NCBI RefSeq assembly: GCF_018977255.1
Contig: NW_024704743.1
Coordinates: 33,792,001 to 33,856,000 of the forward strand
From: Callorhinchus milii
Lineage: Eukaryota
Direction of reading: 5' to 3'
Length of the DNA: 64,000 nt
How positions within the stretch are numbered: the stretch's first letter is position 1; each line of letters starts with the position of its first letter. The position numbers and the translations under genes are program-made. The notes under the pieces were generated by a model. The model ran no database searches. It saw nothing but the letters and a program-made list of their open reading frames with translations, and had not been told where the DNA came from. Below, one piece after another: positions 1-12,337 of the stretch.

Positions 1-1529
1 TCAGGACACATCTCCTTCCAGAAACAGCACTGCACATATTCACCAGAACTCTTATGGACCCATTTGAAGGTAAAACAAACTCCACAACATCTTTGCTTCC
101 TCATATACACAAACTGTTTCAACAAAACGTTTAAGCGCTCCGAGACACTATCCCACGCGGAGGTCGCTATACAAATGCAAGTTGTTTAATCTTCCAATTC
201 CACTGTGATTTAGTAATCAATGGAAAACCTGACTGCACATTTTCAAATCACTCCCACCAAAGAATTTGGAAATCCACCAGGGAACTGCAATAATACTCAA
301 CGAGTTGTGCAATATCTTTGAATCCTTTCTTACATCATAAATATTAGAAAATTAATAAAAATTCAAATGTTTCAAAAGAACGTTACAACAAATCAGATCT
401 ATCATGTGCTTCCATGCTATGCATAATTCCCAAGCCATTTTCATGTAATCCAGACTTAAATAAATATATATGATAAAACAGTGAACAAGCCTGCTTTACG
501 TGTTTATTCTTGGCTGTATTCTCTGGAGGAAATAATTGATGTTTCAGGAGTTTTTCAGCCCCAGATCATTAAATGGCGAGCAGTCACCTGATACCCCCTT
601 TTTTTGCAATTGATGCTTCCAAGTGTAAACATTTTGTGCTTTAAAATTTTATTGAGGTGAGAAAAGCAGTGGATGGATATGTGTAGTTCAACCAGTTAAT
701 ACTGCACTGAGAACACTGCTGGCAAAATTTCTGTTGTTTGTCCAGCTTGGACCACCCTACCAATTGGAGATTTAGTTTGCAGGGTTAACAGGAGCCAAAT
801 GGGAAGAATACCTGCCCCAGTCTTCCCCTTCAAGCCCTGCTGACTGGTCTGTCAACAGTTGTGTGTTGGAAGTACTGGGACCACCTGGCTCGGGAACCGG
901 ACAACTGAGACCACCACAGAGGGTTGGCTTGTTTCTGACATTCTATTACCAAAACATATTTCCTCTGTCAGCTCAGCACTGATGAAACTCTGTTTACCCA
1001 CCCCACTCCCAGGATATTCATGAGTTTGTCATTTGACATCTGACAAACATAGGTTTGATCCCTCACAAGGTGGATAGCAGGTACCAGAAATTCTCTGAGA
1101 GTTTCCTGCTGAGCAGGACAACTCAGCATGAAATGCATGCGAGCATTTCCACCATCCTCTAGTTCACAGCTCAGCAATACATCCCCATGCACACATGATT
1201 CATTAGTTAGAAGTGCAGAGCTTAAGCAGCAGCAGCATGCCCCTCTTGGTAGATACCCAGCCCTAGAATCACAAGACCCCTTTATAAGTCTCTTCACTCA
1301 AGTTCTTCTTTCTGCTTTTATTACTCATATCCACACTTTTTCTGCTGATGCGAAATGCTTGACATTCACCAGTGTTAAATTTAATTTGCCATACGTCTAT
1401 TCAACCAATCTAAATTCTACTAATCTTTTGCTGCATCCTTCATTTCTCCTGCTAACAACTAAAACTGCATTTGGATTCCATAATATTCTATTATCATCCA
1501 TGTATCATGTGCACTAAAACATTCATATA

Positions 1530-1842
1530 CTATGTATAAAATTATAAAGGGTTTGACAGGCTGAATAGTGAGCAGCTGTTTCCTTTGGTGAGACAATTGA
1601 GGACTAGAGGCTATAGTCTGAAACTTGAAGCTAAACCTTTTAAAAGTGAAATAAGGATTTTTTCACGCAGAGGGCAGCTGAGACAGAGTCAACTGAAGAA
1701 TTGAAAGACATACAAATAAATATTTGATAGACAACTGTATCAAGGGATATGGAGAGAGGGGTGTAATTAAGTCGCAGATTGCCCATGATTTCGGAAAGTG
1801 GTGGGACAGGCTCGATGGGTCGAATGGCCTATTCCTGTTCAA
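1530..1842 (+). mobile_element. CR1-type LINE, decayed 3' end
   Basis: Degenerate CR1 ORF2 C-terminus (YKIIKG..LFPL..RTRG.SLKL) and CR1 tail gggtcgaatggcctattcctgttc. Confidence 0.8.
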
Positions 1843-3459
1843 AAAAAATGAATACATATATTGATTTATAGTAAAACATTTGATTACAGGTTTTTAAACT
1901 GATCTAGATTCCTTTTGTTCTCCTTCTATTGGTCCTTGGTTCCCATGTATAGGCATTTCTGCACATGCCCAAAATGCTTTTCTCAAAATAGATCAAACAA
2001 GTTTATACTATAATTATTTTATTTCAGGTATATACAAGTTGTATGAAATTCTGTTTTTTGTTGTATAAGATATATTAACTTAATCTCCAAACACTGCCAC
2101 CTCTCTGGGGAAAAGATTATCAAGTGTATTGATATAATCCTGCAATGAAGCTCAGGTTTATATTCTGAAGTTACAATGTAATTCAGAAGGGCACAATATC
2201 AGGAGATTTAAATTAAAAATGATGGCAGAAGCTAATGATAGCAATAGTTATAAATTGGATACAAAGCTCCCTTTCAGATGAATTCTGAATTGTAAAGCGA
2301 CTCGATGGCCTTATAGTGGAGTGTTACCTTAATGGGAATTCTTTAAAACTCTGTTTCAAAGGAATACTAATGGGATTCCCTGGAATATTTCAGTCTGCAA
2401 GAACTTGTCATTATCTTTACATTTCATTAGCATTCAATCCCTACACTGAAGATGTGTAACAAACATTGAAAATGCAAAAGGAAGATCTAATCATGATCTA
2501 TTCAATTAGTTTCCTCCTGGCAGAAATTGATTATTGCGTTTATAGTAGTCAGAAATTGTAATATTTTAAAATTGCCATCAGACCTTACAGAATTCCTCAC
2601 GTTCGCCCATAAAACACAACAGTTTACATCCTGTGAAGCTCTTTGGCACGTCCACCTGACATGGAAGCTACTATATAAAATGTAAGGATTATTACTATGT
2701 AATCACAAAGTATCATGAAAATATTGTATTTCAACCTGGGGATTGGAAGGGAATGTAAATTTTTTATCCTTCTACTGTTAATATTGAGAAATCTCTCCTG
2801 AAAATGCCAACTTGCTGGAGTACAGTACCACAATTCCCATCAGTATCCTGGAACCTCACACAAATGTTCATTCTTCAGGTAATGAATAAGTAATGAAAGG
2901 CTATTAAACCAATGGGAGCATCACTGCTATGCTTAATCCTATGCACACTATTAACACATGCATTTTCCATTAGGGGTCAATTGACGGAAATCAGGAACAG
3001 GAATCCTTTCAAGAGGAAGGGACAAGGTGGCTGAAAGCTGACCTGTCAATGGTCAGGGCAGTAGGTGGGAGGCATGAAGTAAGCAGAGTTGGTGAGCAGA
3101 GGGCATGGAAGGGGAGTACGATTGCAAGAGATTGTACAAATGTGGGTGTGGCAGTGCTATTTGAATATGAGGATCTTGATGGTCGAACCACTGGAGGATG
3201 GGGAGCCAGTGGAACTGGATGAGACAGACAGGCGAGGGTGGGTTTGATGGACTCAGGTGAGAATGTAACCTGAGGAGTTCCTCTCTCCTTGACACTCTTG
3301 CACTCTGTTTCCTGCTCGTTTCTATCCCATTCTCTCTCTCTGTCACCGCTCATATTCCAGACTCTATTTATAGGTCAAACCACTCATTTGTGGTATCAAA
3401 CTATAAATCTCGTCTGTACCCTCTCTCGGGCCGGGCACAACTGAATACAATACTCTAAC

Positions 3460-3545
3460 TACAGTCTGACTAATGATTTACACAAGTTAAGCATTACCTC
3501 TTTGGTATTATATTCTATGTGCCTACTTATAAAACCCATCAATGT
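3460..3545 (-). mobile_element. CR1 LINE ORF2 fragment
   Basis: LMGFISRHIEYNTKEVMLNLCKSLVRL resembles the CR1 RT C-terminal motif (I.R.I.Y.S.EV.L.LY..LVRP). Confidence 0.7.
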
Positions 3546-3825
3546 GTAGGTGGTATGTCGCATGTGTCCTGGATAAAATCTGTGCTCTGACCAAGTTTGC
3601 TTTAGACCTTTGGAGTTTTGTCTGTCTAGTCGGAGAAATTTACAGCACAGGAGGAGGCCATTTGACCCATCAAGTTTCATAGCGCAGTTTTTTTTGGTTA
3701 GCCAGGTCACATGTGGAAACTGATTACCATGAGTATCCAAATCAGACAGAGTTTCACATATGCATGCAACCTACATTTGTAGGTTTTATAATTAGGGGGA
3801 TAGAATATTAAATCAGAGCTAATAT

Positions 3826-3926
3826 AAACACAGAAGTCGCTGGGAACATGCAACAGGTCAGGCAGCATCCATGAAGAGAGGAAAATGAGTTGACGTTTCA
3901 GGTCAGTGACCTTTTGTTAGAATTAG
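3826..3926 (-). mobile_element. Penelope-like terminal-repeat fragment with degenerate hammerhead
   Basis: Minus strand ctaacaaaaggtcactgacctgaaacgtcaactc...gatgctgcctgacctg is homologous to 35874-35982 and 47835-47968. Confidence 0.75.
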
Positions 3927-3930
3927 AGGA

Positions 3931-4238
3931 GGAGTCCTGTAGCTCAGTGGTTAGAGCACTCGCCTTGCAAGCGAGACACCTGGGTTCAATTCCAGGCAGA
4001 GCAAAACCTTGGGCAAGTTTCCTTACTCCACACGCCTAATAATAATCCCTCCAAAACAAAACAATAATAAATTGGTCATTTTCAATCCACGACTGTTTGT
4101 GGGACACTTCTGTGCGCAATTGGCTGCTGAGTTTCGACAACAAATATACTGTCAATTCACTTTACAGTCTATTCTGTGAAGCGCTTTGAGACGTCGAGAA
4201 GACCTGAAAAGCGCTATAATTAAATGCAAGGATTATTA
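3931..4238 (+). mobile_element. tRNA(Ala)-derived SINE with L2-type tail
   Basis: Head GGAGTCCTGTAGCTCAGTGGTTAGAGC with A box and B box GGTTCAATTCC; CTCGC-loop(TGC)-GCGAG anticodon arm; aatgcaaggattatta tail; many copies in the window. Confidence 0.92.
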
Positions 4239-4643
4239 AATCAGAGCCAATGTTTAACTTGTAAAGAACTGGTCTACACACTCACAAAGCAACTTATAAA
4301 AGGCCTACATCACCATCACACCTCCTGCTCCAGCTAAAACCCTCAGCTATGCCTTTTCATCTCCAGAATCACATTTCCAATACTCTTCTCTTCACAAGTT
4401 CTAAATCATCCAGAGAGAGTTACCGCCCGAGAGGGGCACAGAGAAAGAGAACAGTCAGCTAGTGAAAAAGGTAGAGAGAGAGAAAGGTGGTACAGAGAGT
4501 TGTGATACATCCTAAAATAATGATCTGGGTTTACCTTTTCAATACCATTTAAAATTTTGTACACCTCAATGAGGTCCCCTCCCCTCTGAGTTGTCTTCTA
4601 TCAAGACTGAAGAGCCCTAGCTTGTCTAATTCTCTTTGATCTC

Positions 4644-5015
4644 TCTGACCTACTATCCCCCTACCTACCTGCCCGTACCCTCCGTTCCTCTGGCTCCGGT
4701 CTGCTCCACATCCCCTGCCCCAACCGCCCTACCATCGGTGGCCGGGCCTTCAGCCTCTCAGCCCCGAGGCTCTGGAACTCTACCCCCAGTGCCTTCGCCG
4801 CCTCCTCCCTTTCCTCCTTCAAGGCCGGTCTCAAGACCTTTCTCTTCAACCGTGCCTTCAGCTCCCCTCTCGACTCTCTACCCCTTCCTCGCTCCCTCCC
4901 TTCCCTCACCCTGACCATTTACCCCCTGCTCGGGTCCTGACCCAACTGTCCAGCACCTTGGGACGTCCTCCCGACGTGAAAGGCACTCTATAAATGGAAT
5001 CTTGTTGTTGTTGTA
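4644..5015 (+). mobile_element. L2 LINE 3' end
   Basis: Homologous to the 3' end of the L2 copy at 8392-9330; ends ggacgtcctcccgacgtgaaagg...(GTT)n. Confidence 0.85.
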
Positions 5016-5541
5016 ATTGTTACTCATAGTTCAAAGTAAGAGAGAGTGGGGCACAGAGAGAGAGGGGGAGAAAAGAAAGAAAAGAGCAAAAGAGTGTAAT
5101 TGAGCGAGTGAGTAAGTTGAACAGAGAGAGTATGCAAGAGTCCTGTGGACCCACGAGAGCAGATGTTGGTTTGACTTTATGCTGTGCACATGTGCAGCAA
5201 GCAGGAAGTGGTAGCTATTTTCACAAGTGATATCGGCAGCTGCAATTTTCACATCAACGGTGGACATATTCATCATAAGTGCTACCAGCAGCAGGTTTTT
5301 CCTTACATTGGATACCAGCATACAAGGTCCAGCAGGTCATGCTTATCCACTTACTCTAAAAGCAAAAGAAGTCCAACACCCCTGATCCACAAAGTGCGGC
5401 AGTTGTTTTAAAAGGAAAGAAATGTTCAGGTGCATGAGCAAGCAAAATGTCTCCTTTGATAACTATAGACAAGTAAACAAACCTTCTTGATCTGCAATAT
5501 ATTATGACAAAGGAGCAATAGTAAATGAATGTAAGCCTTGC

Positions 5542-5697
5542 CTCGTCTCTGTGCTATCTGCAAGTATCCTGTGGACAAGTATTGCTCCAGATCTTGCTGA
5601 AAAGCTTCTTCGAAAAATTTCTGCCGCTCTTTCAGCTTCAGCTGCTGTGTGTTCTCCATATCTAGCACCTTCTGTGTATGTTCTCCATCCAGTTCAG
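5542..5697 (-). CDS. DTNBP1: Dysbindin coding exon, equivalent to human exon 8 (156 nt), start of the dysbindin domain
   Basis: Translates (A)[51 protein letters not shown]; acceptor gtttctcctgcag|CT; ends GAG|gcaagg (GC donor). Confidence 0.95.
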
Positions 5698-6121
5698 CTG
5701 CAGGAGAAACAGCAGAAAACAACTTAGATCAGAACAATTATAACCAGAAGACGAGCTGCTCAAGTTACAGGACTCCTAGATCAGAAACATAATCATACCA
5801 AAGGATCTACTCAAAGTAGAATACTGAAACAAATAATCAACTAGCAAAACTTTAATTGCAAATGACCTTAAAAAAAAACTAATTGAGGTTCCTCAATGTT
5901 TTACAGAATTCCATCGCTGAATGTTTTTTCCACAAAGTGAAATCACTCCCAGAAGCAGCACAATAGTCCTCCAACTTTTTGTGCACATATAGCTGGAAGC
6001 AATTGGTCTCTGATGCTAAATTAACCATTTACTTAGCTTTGCTTATTCAAAGTTTTTTTTAAAAAACGTCACAGCTTTCACAAAATTGGGAGGGGAAAAA
6101 AAGACCAATTGTGTGTCAGTA

Positions 6122-6510
6122 CAGTTGTGGGTTTAAATCCTACATCGGACTTGAACTCACAGTCCAGGTGTCCAGGCTGACATTCCAATGCAGTGCTGAG
6201 AGTTGAGCTGCATTGTTGGAGGTATTGCCCTTCAGACAAGATGTTAACCTGAGGTCCAATCTGCCTCTTCAGGTGGAAGTTAAAGATCCCACGGCACTAT
6301 TTGAAAAGACAAGGGAGTTTCTCCCATTGTCCCGGCCAACAATCCCCCAATAATAATATTGGACGTTCACCCGATGGCTCTTAGTGGGACACGGCTGTGC
6401 AAACTTATTGCCATTCCCACCTACAAAATGATAGCTACAGTAAATCCCGTGAAGCGATTTGACAGTCTTCCCATGTGAACGGCACTATATCAAATACAGG
6501 GATTATAATT
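6122..6510 (+). mobile_element. Older DeuSINE/SacSINE-like SINE
   Basis: gttgtgggtt...gcattgttggagg..cccttcagacaagatgttaacctgaggtcc.atctgcctcttcaggtgga core shared with other copies; L2-type tail. Confidence 0.75.
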
Positions 6511-7299
6511 TCTGTTGTAGAACTTCAAATCTGAATTTCAATATTCACCAAACACAAATATTATTATCTTTAAAAGGCACACTTTTTACAGTGTGCCTTT
6601 TTGGGTTCGCAAACCTGGCTGTGAAATCATTTTGAAGAACTTGTGATATCATTACCCTCCCCAAGTTCCATAGACAGAGTGTCACCATAGTACATCATCT
6701 GTATTGATAGCAAGGCTTGCAAACCCAATGCAAGGAGAATGAGTATCTTTGTTAACTTATAAGAACTACCATTAATTTTTGTGCAAATACAGCTTGAAGT
6801 CTTTTCATTACAAATTCAGTTACAGACACTTCATTGTTTTGGCTACAATTCTGTGTCACAAGGAGCGTTTCCCCCCTAGCCTTTTGGAGTAATATACATA
6901 CAGTATTGTACTTTTAGTGTTTTCCATTTTGTTTATTTGGTAATGTTGGCTATTTACTACATCTGAAAGCATTTTGTTTTGCAGTTTTCTTTTTAAAAAA
7001 TTGCTTTTCTTTACTTCATGTTGTGCACACATACATCATCTCTTTCGAGTTACGAAAATCCAGTCCCAAAATGCCCAGATAACTGCAACCTACTGTAATT
7101 TTTATTTGAATTCAATTATTGACAACATAGCTTGGTGCTGCAGTAACATTTCATGTGGGTCATTTGAATTTTGAACATTCAGATACTAAGTTCATGCAGA
7201 TCAAATACTAGAGTGAAAATTAGAGCAGGCTCTAGTCCATTGCCCTTCTAGATCCAGATACATTACTAACCTGAAATACATTTAAATCATTTTCAAATG

Positions 7300-7927
7300 C
7301 AGTGGTTTTCAACCCCTTTTTTAAAAAAAAACTGTACATCTTCTGTCTGAAGGTTGCTGCTCAAGTTTACAATTTACAATTTGCACTCTATTGAATGGTA
7401 CCACAGTTGCAACAAAACACAGAATAATCTGATTAACAAATTATTTTTTCTCCCTTTATTTGTTATATATATCAACAGTTTGAATCTGATCAACTGCTGG
7501 TTTATCCTAAGACAGAATGCCAATCAGTAAGGCTGAAAACTATTAATTACAAGTCTTTGGAACCAAAAGACAGTATTTTGGAATCTTTTCGGAAATGTTT
7601 TTTGTGGAGCGGAATAATATTTCCATAAAAAAATAGTGATCAGGGTAATTTGTCTGGCTGAATGAATTGCTGGTCAGTTGCAACGCCAAATCTTACGAGA
7701 CCAAATGGGACTGGTAGGTTATTATAGATAAACAATGTTAGGTTTGTGAAGCTTGAGAAGGTGTTGTACAGTGTCTAGTCCCGCGCTGCACTCGACCAGC
7801 ACTAGCACGCTGCCTGCATCACAACACTCTACTCCCTCCCCACATGCCACATGCCATAGCCAGACACTAACTGAGCATGTCCTGCATACCCCCTATGATC
7901 CTTAGAAGTACTCTGTGAGAACCCCTG
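7300..7927. mobile_element. Possible old hAT-family non-autonomous element
   Basis: Ends CAGTGGTTTTCAACC and (reverse complement) CAGGGGTTCTCA resemble hAT-Charlie TIRs; TSD poorly preserved. Confidence 0.35.
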
Positions 7928-8115
7928 CTTTAATACACTGAATTTGTTGCAGAGCAACTTTTCTACTGTTAATCTGTATTACATTGGTTGACCTCCATTC
8001 ACCAAATACTACTTGTGCAATCAATTATTCACAGTAAAAACACAAATATAAGTATTACCACAACCTTTGTAGGCACAGCTGAGGAGGAAAATCTTCAGGT
8101 TCAACTTGAACACAG

Positions 8116-8350
8116 ATAATAATAACATAATAATCTTTGCATTTGTCATAGTGCCTTATGTCTTTGAGATGTCTCAAAGCGCTTCACAGAATATACTGTA
8201 AAGTGAATTGACTGTATATTTTGTGGGTAAAATGCGGCAGCCAATTGTGCACAGCATTGTCCCACAAACTGTTGTGTATTGAGTGACCAAATTATTATCA
8301 GTTTTTTTTATGAAGCGGTTATTACCCTCGGATAAGTCATCCACCAATCG
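8116..8350 (-). mobile_element. SINE body and tail, long-form subfamily
   Basis: Reverse complement of the SINE body seen at 45960-46325 and 21631-21989. Confidence 0.85.
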
Positions 8351-8391
8351 AGCGAGAGGATCCGGGTTTGATTCCCGGGCAGGTCAAAACT

Positions 8392-9330
8392 TCGTCTCTG
8401 CAAAAGGCTTCTCCTCGAGCCCCCGCACCGTCTCGTGCAGCGTTCCTCAGGGCTCTGTCCTCAGTCCACTCCTCTTCACCCTCTACATGCTCCCCCTTGG
8501 TGACATCATCCGCAGACATGGGGTAAATTTCCACATGTATGCGGATGACACCCAACTCTATCTCTCTGCCTCCACCCTCAACTCCAACACTACTGGCGTC
8601 CTGACCGACTGCCTGTCTGACATCAAGTTCTGGACGAGGGACAACTTTATCCAACTCAACGTCAGCAGGACCGAGGCCCTCCTGATTAGCTCACACCAGC
8701 GCCTCCACACCTCGGGCGCTGGCAGCATCAGCCTCCACGGCTGCACACTCAACCTCACTAAGCCAGTCAGGAACCTGAGTATCTTGTTTGACCCTAAACT
8801 GTCCTTTCTCCCCCACATCCGGGCCATGACCGACACTGCCTACCACCACCTCCGCAAACTTGCCAGACTCCGCCACTGCCTCACCTCTCAGGCTGGCGAA
8901 ACCCTCACCCACGCATTCATCACATCAAGGCTCGATTACGGGAACTCCCTCCATGGCCTTGTCCCCTCCTACCTCTCTGACCTGCTGACTCCCTATCAAC
9001 CTGCCCGCTTCCTCCGTTCAGCGGGCTCCGGCCTGCTCCATGTCTCCTGCCCGACCCGCCCTATTATCAGTGGCCGGGCTTTCAGCCTCTCTGCCCCCAC
9101 GCTCTGGAAACTCCATCCCACAGTCCCTTCGCCTCATTTCCTCCCTTGCCTCCTTCAAGGCCGGGTCTCTCAAGACCCTCCTCTTGGATTGTGCCTTCAG
9201 TCGCCGTCCCACCTCTCTACCTTCCCTACCCCACCCCTCTGCCATGTTTGGGTCCTGACCCTCGACTATCCAGCAACTTGGGACGTCCTCCCAACGTGAA
9301 AGACGCTCTATAAATGTAATGTTGTGGTTG
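8392..9330 (+). mobile_element. 5'-truncated L2 LINE, reverse transcriptase C-terminal half to 3' end, with internal deletion
   Basis: ORF carries VPQGSVLSPLLFTLY and HMYADDTQLY RT motifs, HAFITSRLDY; (GTT)-like tail. Confidence 0.95.
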
Positions 9331-11299
9331 TGGAGCTGAGAAATTAGGGGTGCACAGAAGATCCAAGCTGGCTGAGGGTAGGGGTGGGTGTGAGGAGGTT
9401 GGAGAGTTAGGAAGGTGTTAGGGCACAAACTGATTTGTAGGCGTATTGAGGATGTTGAAATCGATCTATTCTGTAACAGGGAGTAAATATTCGCCCACAA
9501 ATATACGGTCAATTCACTTTACAGTCTATGTGAAGAGCTTTGAGACGGCGAGAAGATGTGAAAAGCGCTATATCAAAATGCAAGGATTATTGTTATTATT
9601 ATTATTATACTATTATTATAAATGGAGCTTGTCGAGGACTGGTCTGATGGGGATGGAGAGTTCTGAATTAGTTAGACTTTGTGAATGGTAGAGCTGGGGA
9701 GACCACCGAAGAGTGCAATGGAGAAATCGAGACGGGAGGTGTTGAAAGTCTGGATTAGGGTCTCAGTAGGGTCATCACCCCATCACCCCAGTGCTCGCCA
9801 AGCTCCATTTAATCCCTGCTGTGGAATGGATAAGGGAATAAATTGCCACCAAAAGTAAAAAATCTATTAATTGTGTAAAGCTCACTCCAAGTCTTGAGGC
9901 CAGAGATATTCCTTAACTAAAATATTACCAAGTAGATGATAAACTAAGTTCATTCCCACAGAGCCAAGTTTAACATGCTGAGTAGGTATTCTGAGACCTC
10001 AAGTGTTTCAGGAAAAAAACAGGGTCAAGCTGGCTATTACAACATGCAGTAAAACTCCTATTTTAGTTTTTCAAACGGGTTATTAAATATAATCATTGCA
10101 TTTGTTATTGGGTTCCCTCCGCCCCCCTCCCACACAGCAACAGTAGTTGTACTACGGAAGACTGCGCAACACGAGGAACAGGCGAGAAAGGCACATTCTC
10201 ATCGATTCAGTGCAATATACTGAAGGGCAGGCTTTTGTGGAGACTGTAGGGGAAGGAAGGGAGACTTGCTGCTCCGAGGGAAACCCGCGCAGCCGGTTCT
10301 CAAAACACCTTTTCCCAAAAGATTGGGGACAAATGTCATGCTGAAAGTGTACTAACAGCATATACTTTGAAACTGTAGTTCTTCAGGAGGATGGAAGCCC
10401 TAAAGGTTGAAAACAAATCTTATTCATCCTTAAGATCACTGCAACTGGTAGCAAGCTCATCCTTCAGCCAAGCCACTTCAATAACATATAAGAAGTTAGC
10501 CATGTTGCACTTCTTAAGGCGCTTCTTTAGATACTTGAGTGCCATGAGATGTCGGAAATTACTCAAAGACTGAACATTGCTGGGAGTGAGATACAAGATG
10601 AGTGTTTTGAATAAATCTTCTGGGACACAAGACTTATGGAAAGAAATGTTTCAATGCCTGTGATATGGAACTCAAGTAATCTAGTCATGATTATATTGGG
10701 GGAAATCAGAGTTCTTTGTAGTGACCAGATTTACCTAATCTCAAGTTTGGTTACTGGTGAAATACAGGAAATCTACTGAACAACAAGAATAAACATGGTA
10801 CTGGATTTGGTACATTTCAATAAATATCATAATACTGCAAGACAGGCAGCATTAAAGTGGAGGAATATATTTCTACTTCAAGTAGCAACTGGATTCTGAC
10901 TAAAATTTCTTTTTACTAAAATTTGCAAGAGAAAACCATAAATTTGTTTATTCAAGTGAAAAATGTAACGCTATGGTTAACTAATAATGGTTACGCATCT
11001 TGGACAATGATGAATGTTTTGTGCATTGACAGAACAACTTCTGTATATATGATATTGATTTTCTTCTCCCTGCCCCCATTCTCTCCTGAAAATGTTGATT
11101 TATTCTGGTTTATGTTTGAGATGCCACACAGAACCTCATGTTCATTTTTCATTTACGACAGTTAAGTATCAGTAGACAAATTTATTTTGTGGACCTTATG
11201 TCTCAGCTGGTCATTTGTACCAAGCCACTTTCCAGAGGGATCCCTATAATCAGGCCCTATATGGATATACATGATATAGATATGCAATACAATGCAAAA

Positions 11300-11480
11300 T
11301 TACATTGTTAAAGCATCTTTCACGTCGCGTAGATATCCCAAGGCGCTGAACAGTCAGGGATTAGGACCCCGGGCGGGCGGGGTGGGAGTGGGGTCAGCGA
11401 GGGTGGAGGGCAGAGAGGGTGGCTGAAGGCATGGTCGAAGAGAAGAGTCTTGAGGCATGCCTTGAAAGAGGCAAGGAAGG
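11300..11480 (-). mobile_element. L2 LINE 3' fragment
   Basis: Reverse complement of the L2 3' UTR/tail seen at 4644-5015. Confidence 0.7.
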
Positions 11481-11489
11481 TGCATTCAA

Positions 11490-11640
11490 TATAGATATAT
11501 ACGATTTATATGTATATATATATATATGACATATAGCGCACTCTGAGATGCTACCCTATGTGGAGGGTGCTATATAAGTGCAAGTTGCTGTTGATATATA
11601 TAGATATATATATAATATATGTGCGTGTGTGTGTATATAA
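11490..11640. repeat. (TA)n/(TG)n microsatellite patches around a short L2-type tail
   Basis: tatatatatatatat and gtgtgtgtgt runs visible. Confidence 0.8.
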
Positions 11641-12337
11641 ACTCAAACTATAAGTCCCACTCTTCTGCTCTGATCAAAAGCAACTGTGGTACAAGAAGAA
11701 GAAACAGAACTGAACAGTAGTTGAGATTCTAAAGACTGATTAGTCACCTTTTGAAGAATACTCAAAGGACTTTTAAGTCTATAATGATGGTGGAACGACA
11801 GCACCTTCTTTCCCAGCCACAAAAACACAGGATTATAAAGCAGCATTAATACATAACATTCCTATCACTTTGATCCTATCACTTTGAAATGTCATTTCAA
11901 AGTGTTGTGCTTCTCATTCACACTGCTATGATTACAGAATAATTATCCTGTCTGCGTGCTTTGCAAAAATATTAGCAAATAACTATAACTGACGAGTAAT
12001 TCCAGTCACCAATGGCTCAGTTAAGAAACATTAGCTATTTACCCAGATTTATAATAATGAGGTCAGACTGTGCCCTGAGCTGTGCCAGTAACCAAGGAAC
12101 TGGAGACTTATTATATATGGCATGCAGTTAAGCAAGTCATGCGTTTTCAGCCCAAAAGAAACTCATGAAACAGCATCTATAAATTCAATAAATCTCTCAG
12201 AACACAACTGGAGGTTCTGCAGAGAAAAATGACAACTCAATCCAAATCCAAAGATTTACACCCTTCACAGTCCAACTTCTCCCTCTCTCCACACCCCCAC
12301 AGTGGCAATCTACTCTGTTCTTTGTTGTCTTTGTTGT

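Noticed and set aside
968..1297. 109-aa minus-strand ORF as the next DTNBP1 exon
   Set aside because: No similarity to the expected PIGSMSSMEVNVD-type sequence; that exon was not found in 1-5500 and probably lies outside the window
5190..5290. Possible intronic C/D snoRNA (ATGATGA on the minus strand near 5277)
   Set aside because: No suitably placed CTGA box D or terminal stem found
5476..5491. Alternative GT donor AAG|GTTTGT or 9-nt micro-exon after the 156-nt exon
   Set aside because: As a donor it is phase 0 rather than phase 1; as a micro-exon the upstream intron would be only ~50 nt
8283..9299. 338-aa ORF as an intact gene or novel reverse transcriptase system
   Set aside because: Chimera of SINE sequence and a truncated, internally deleted L2 RT; lacks the endonuclease and N-terminal RT motifs and has no true ATG start
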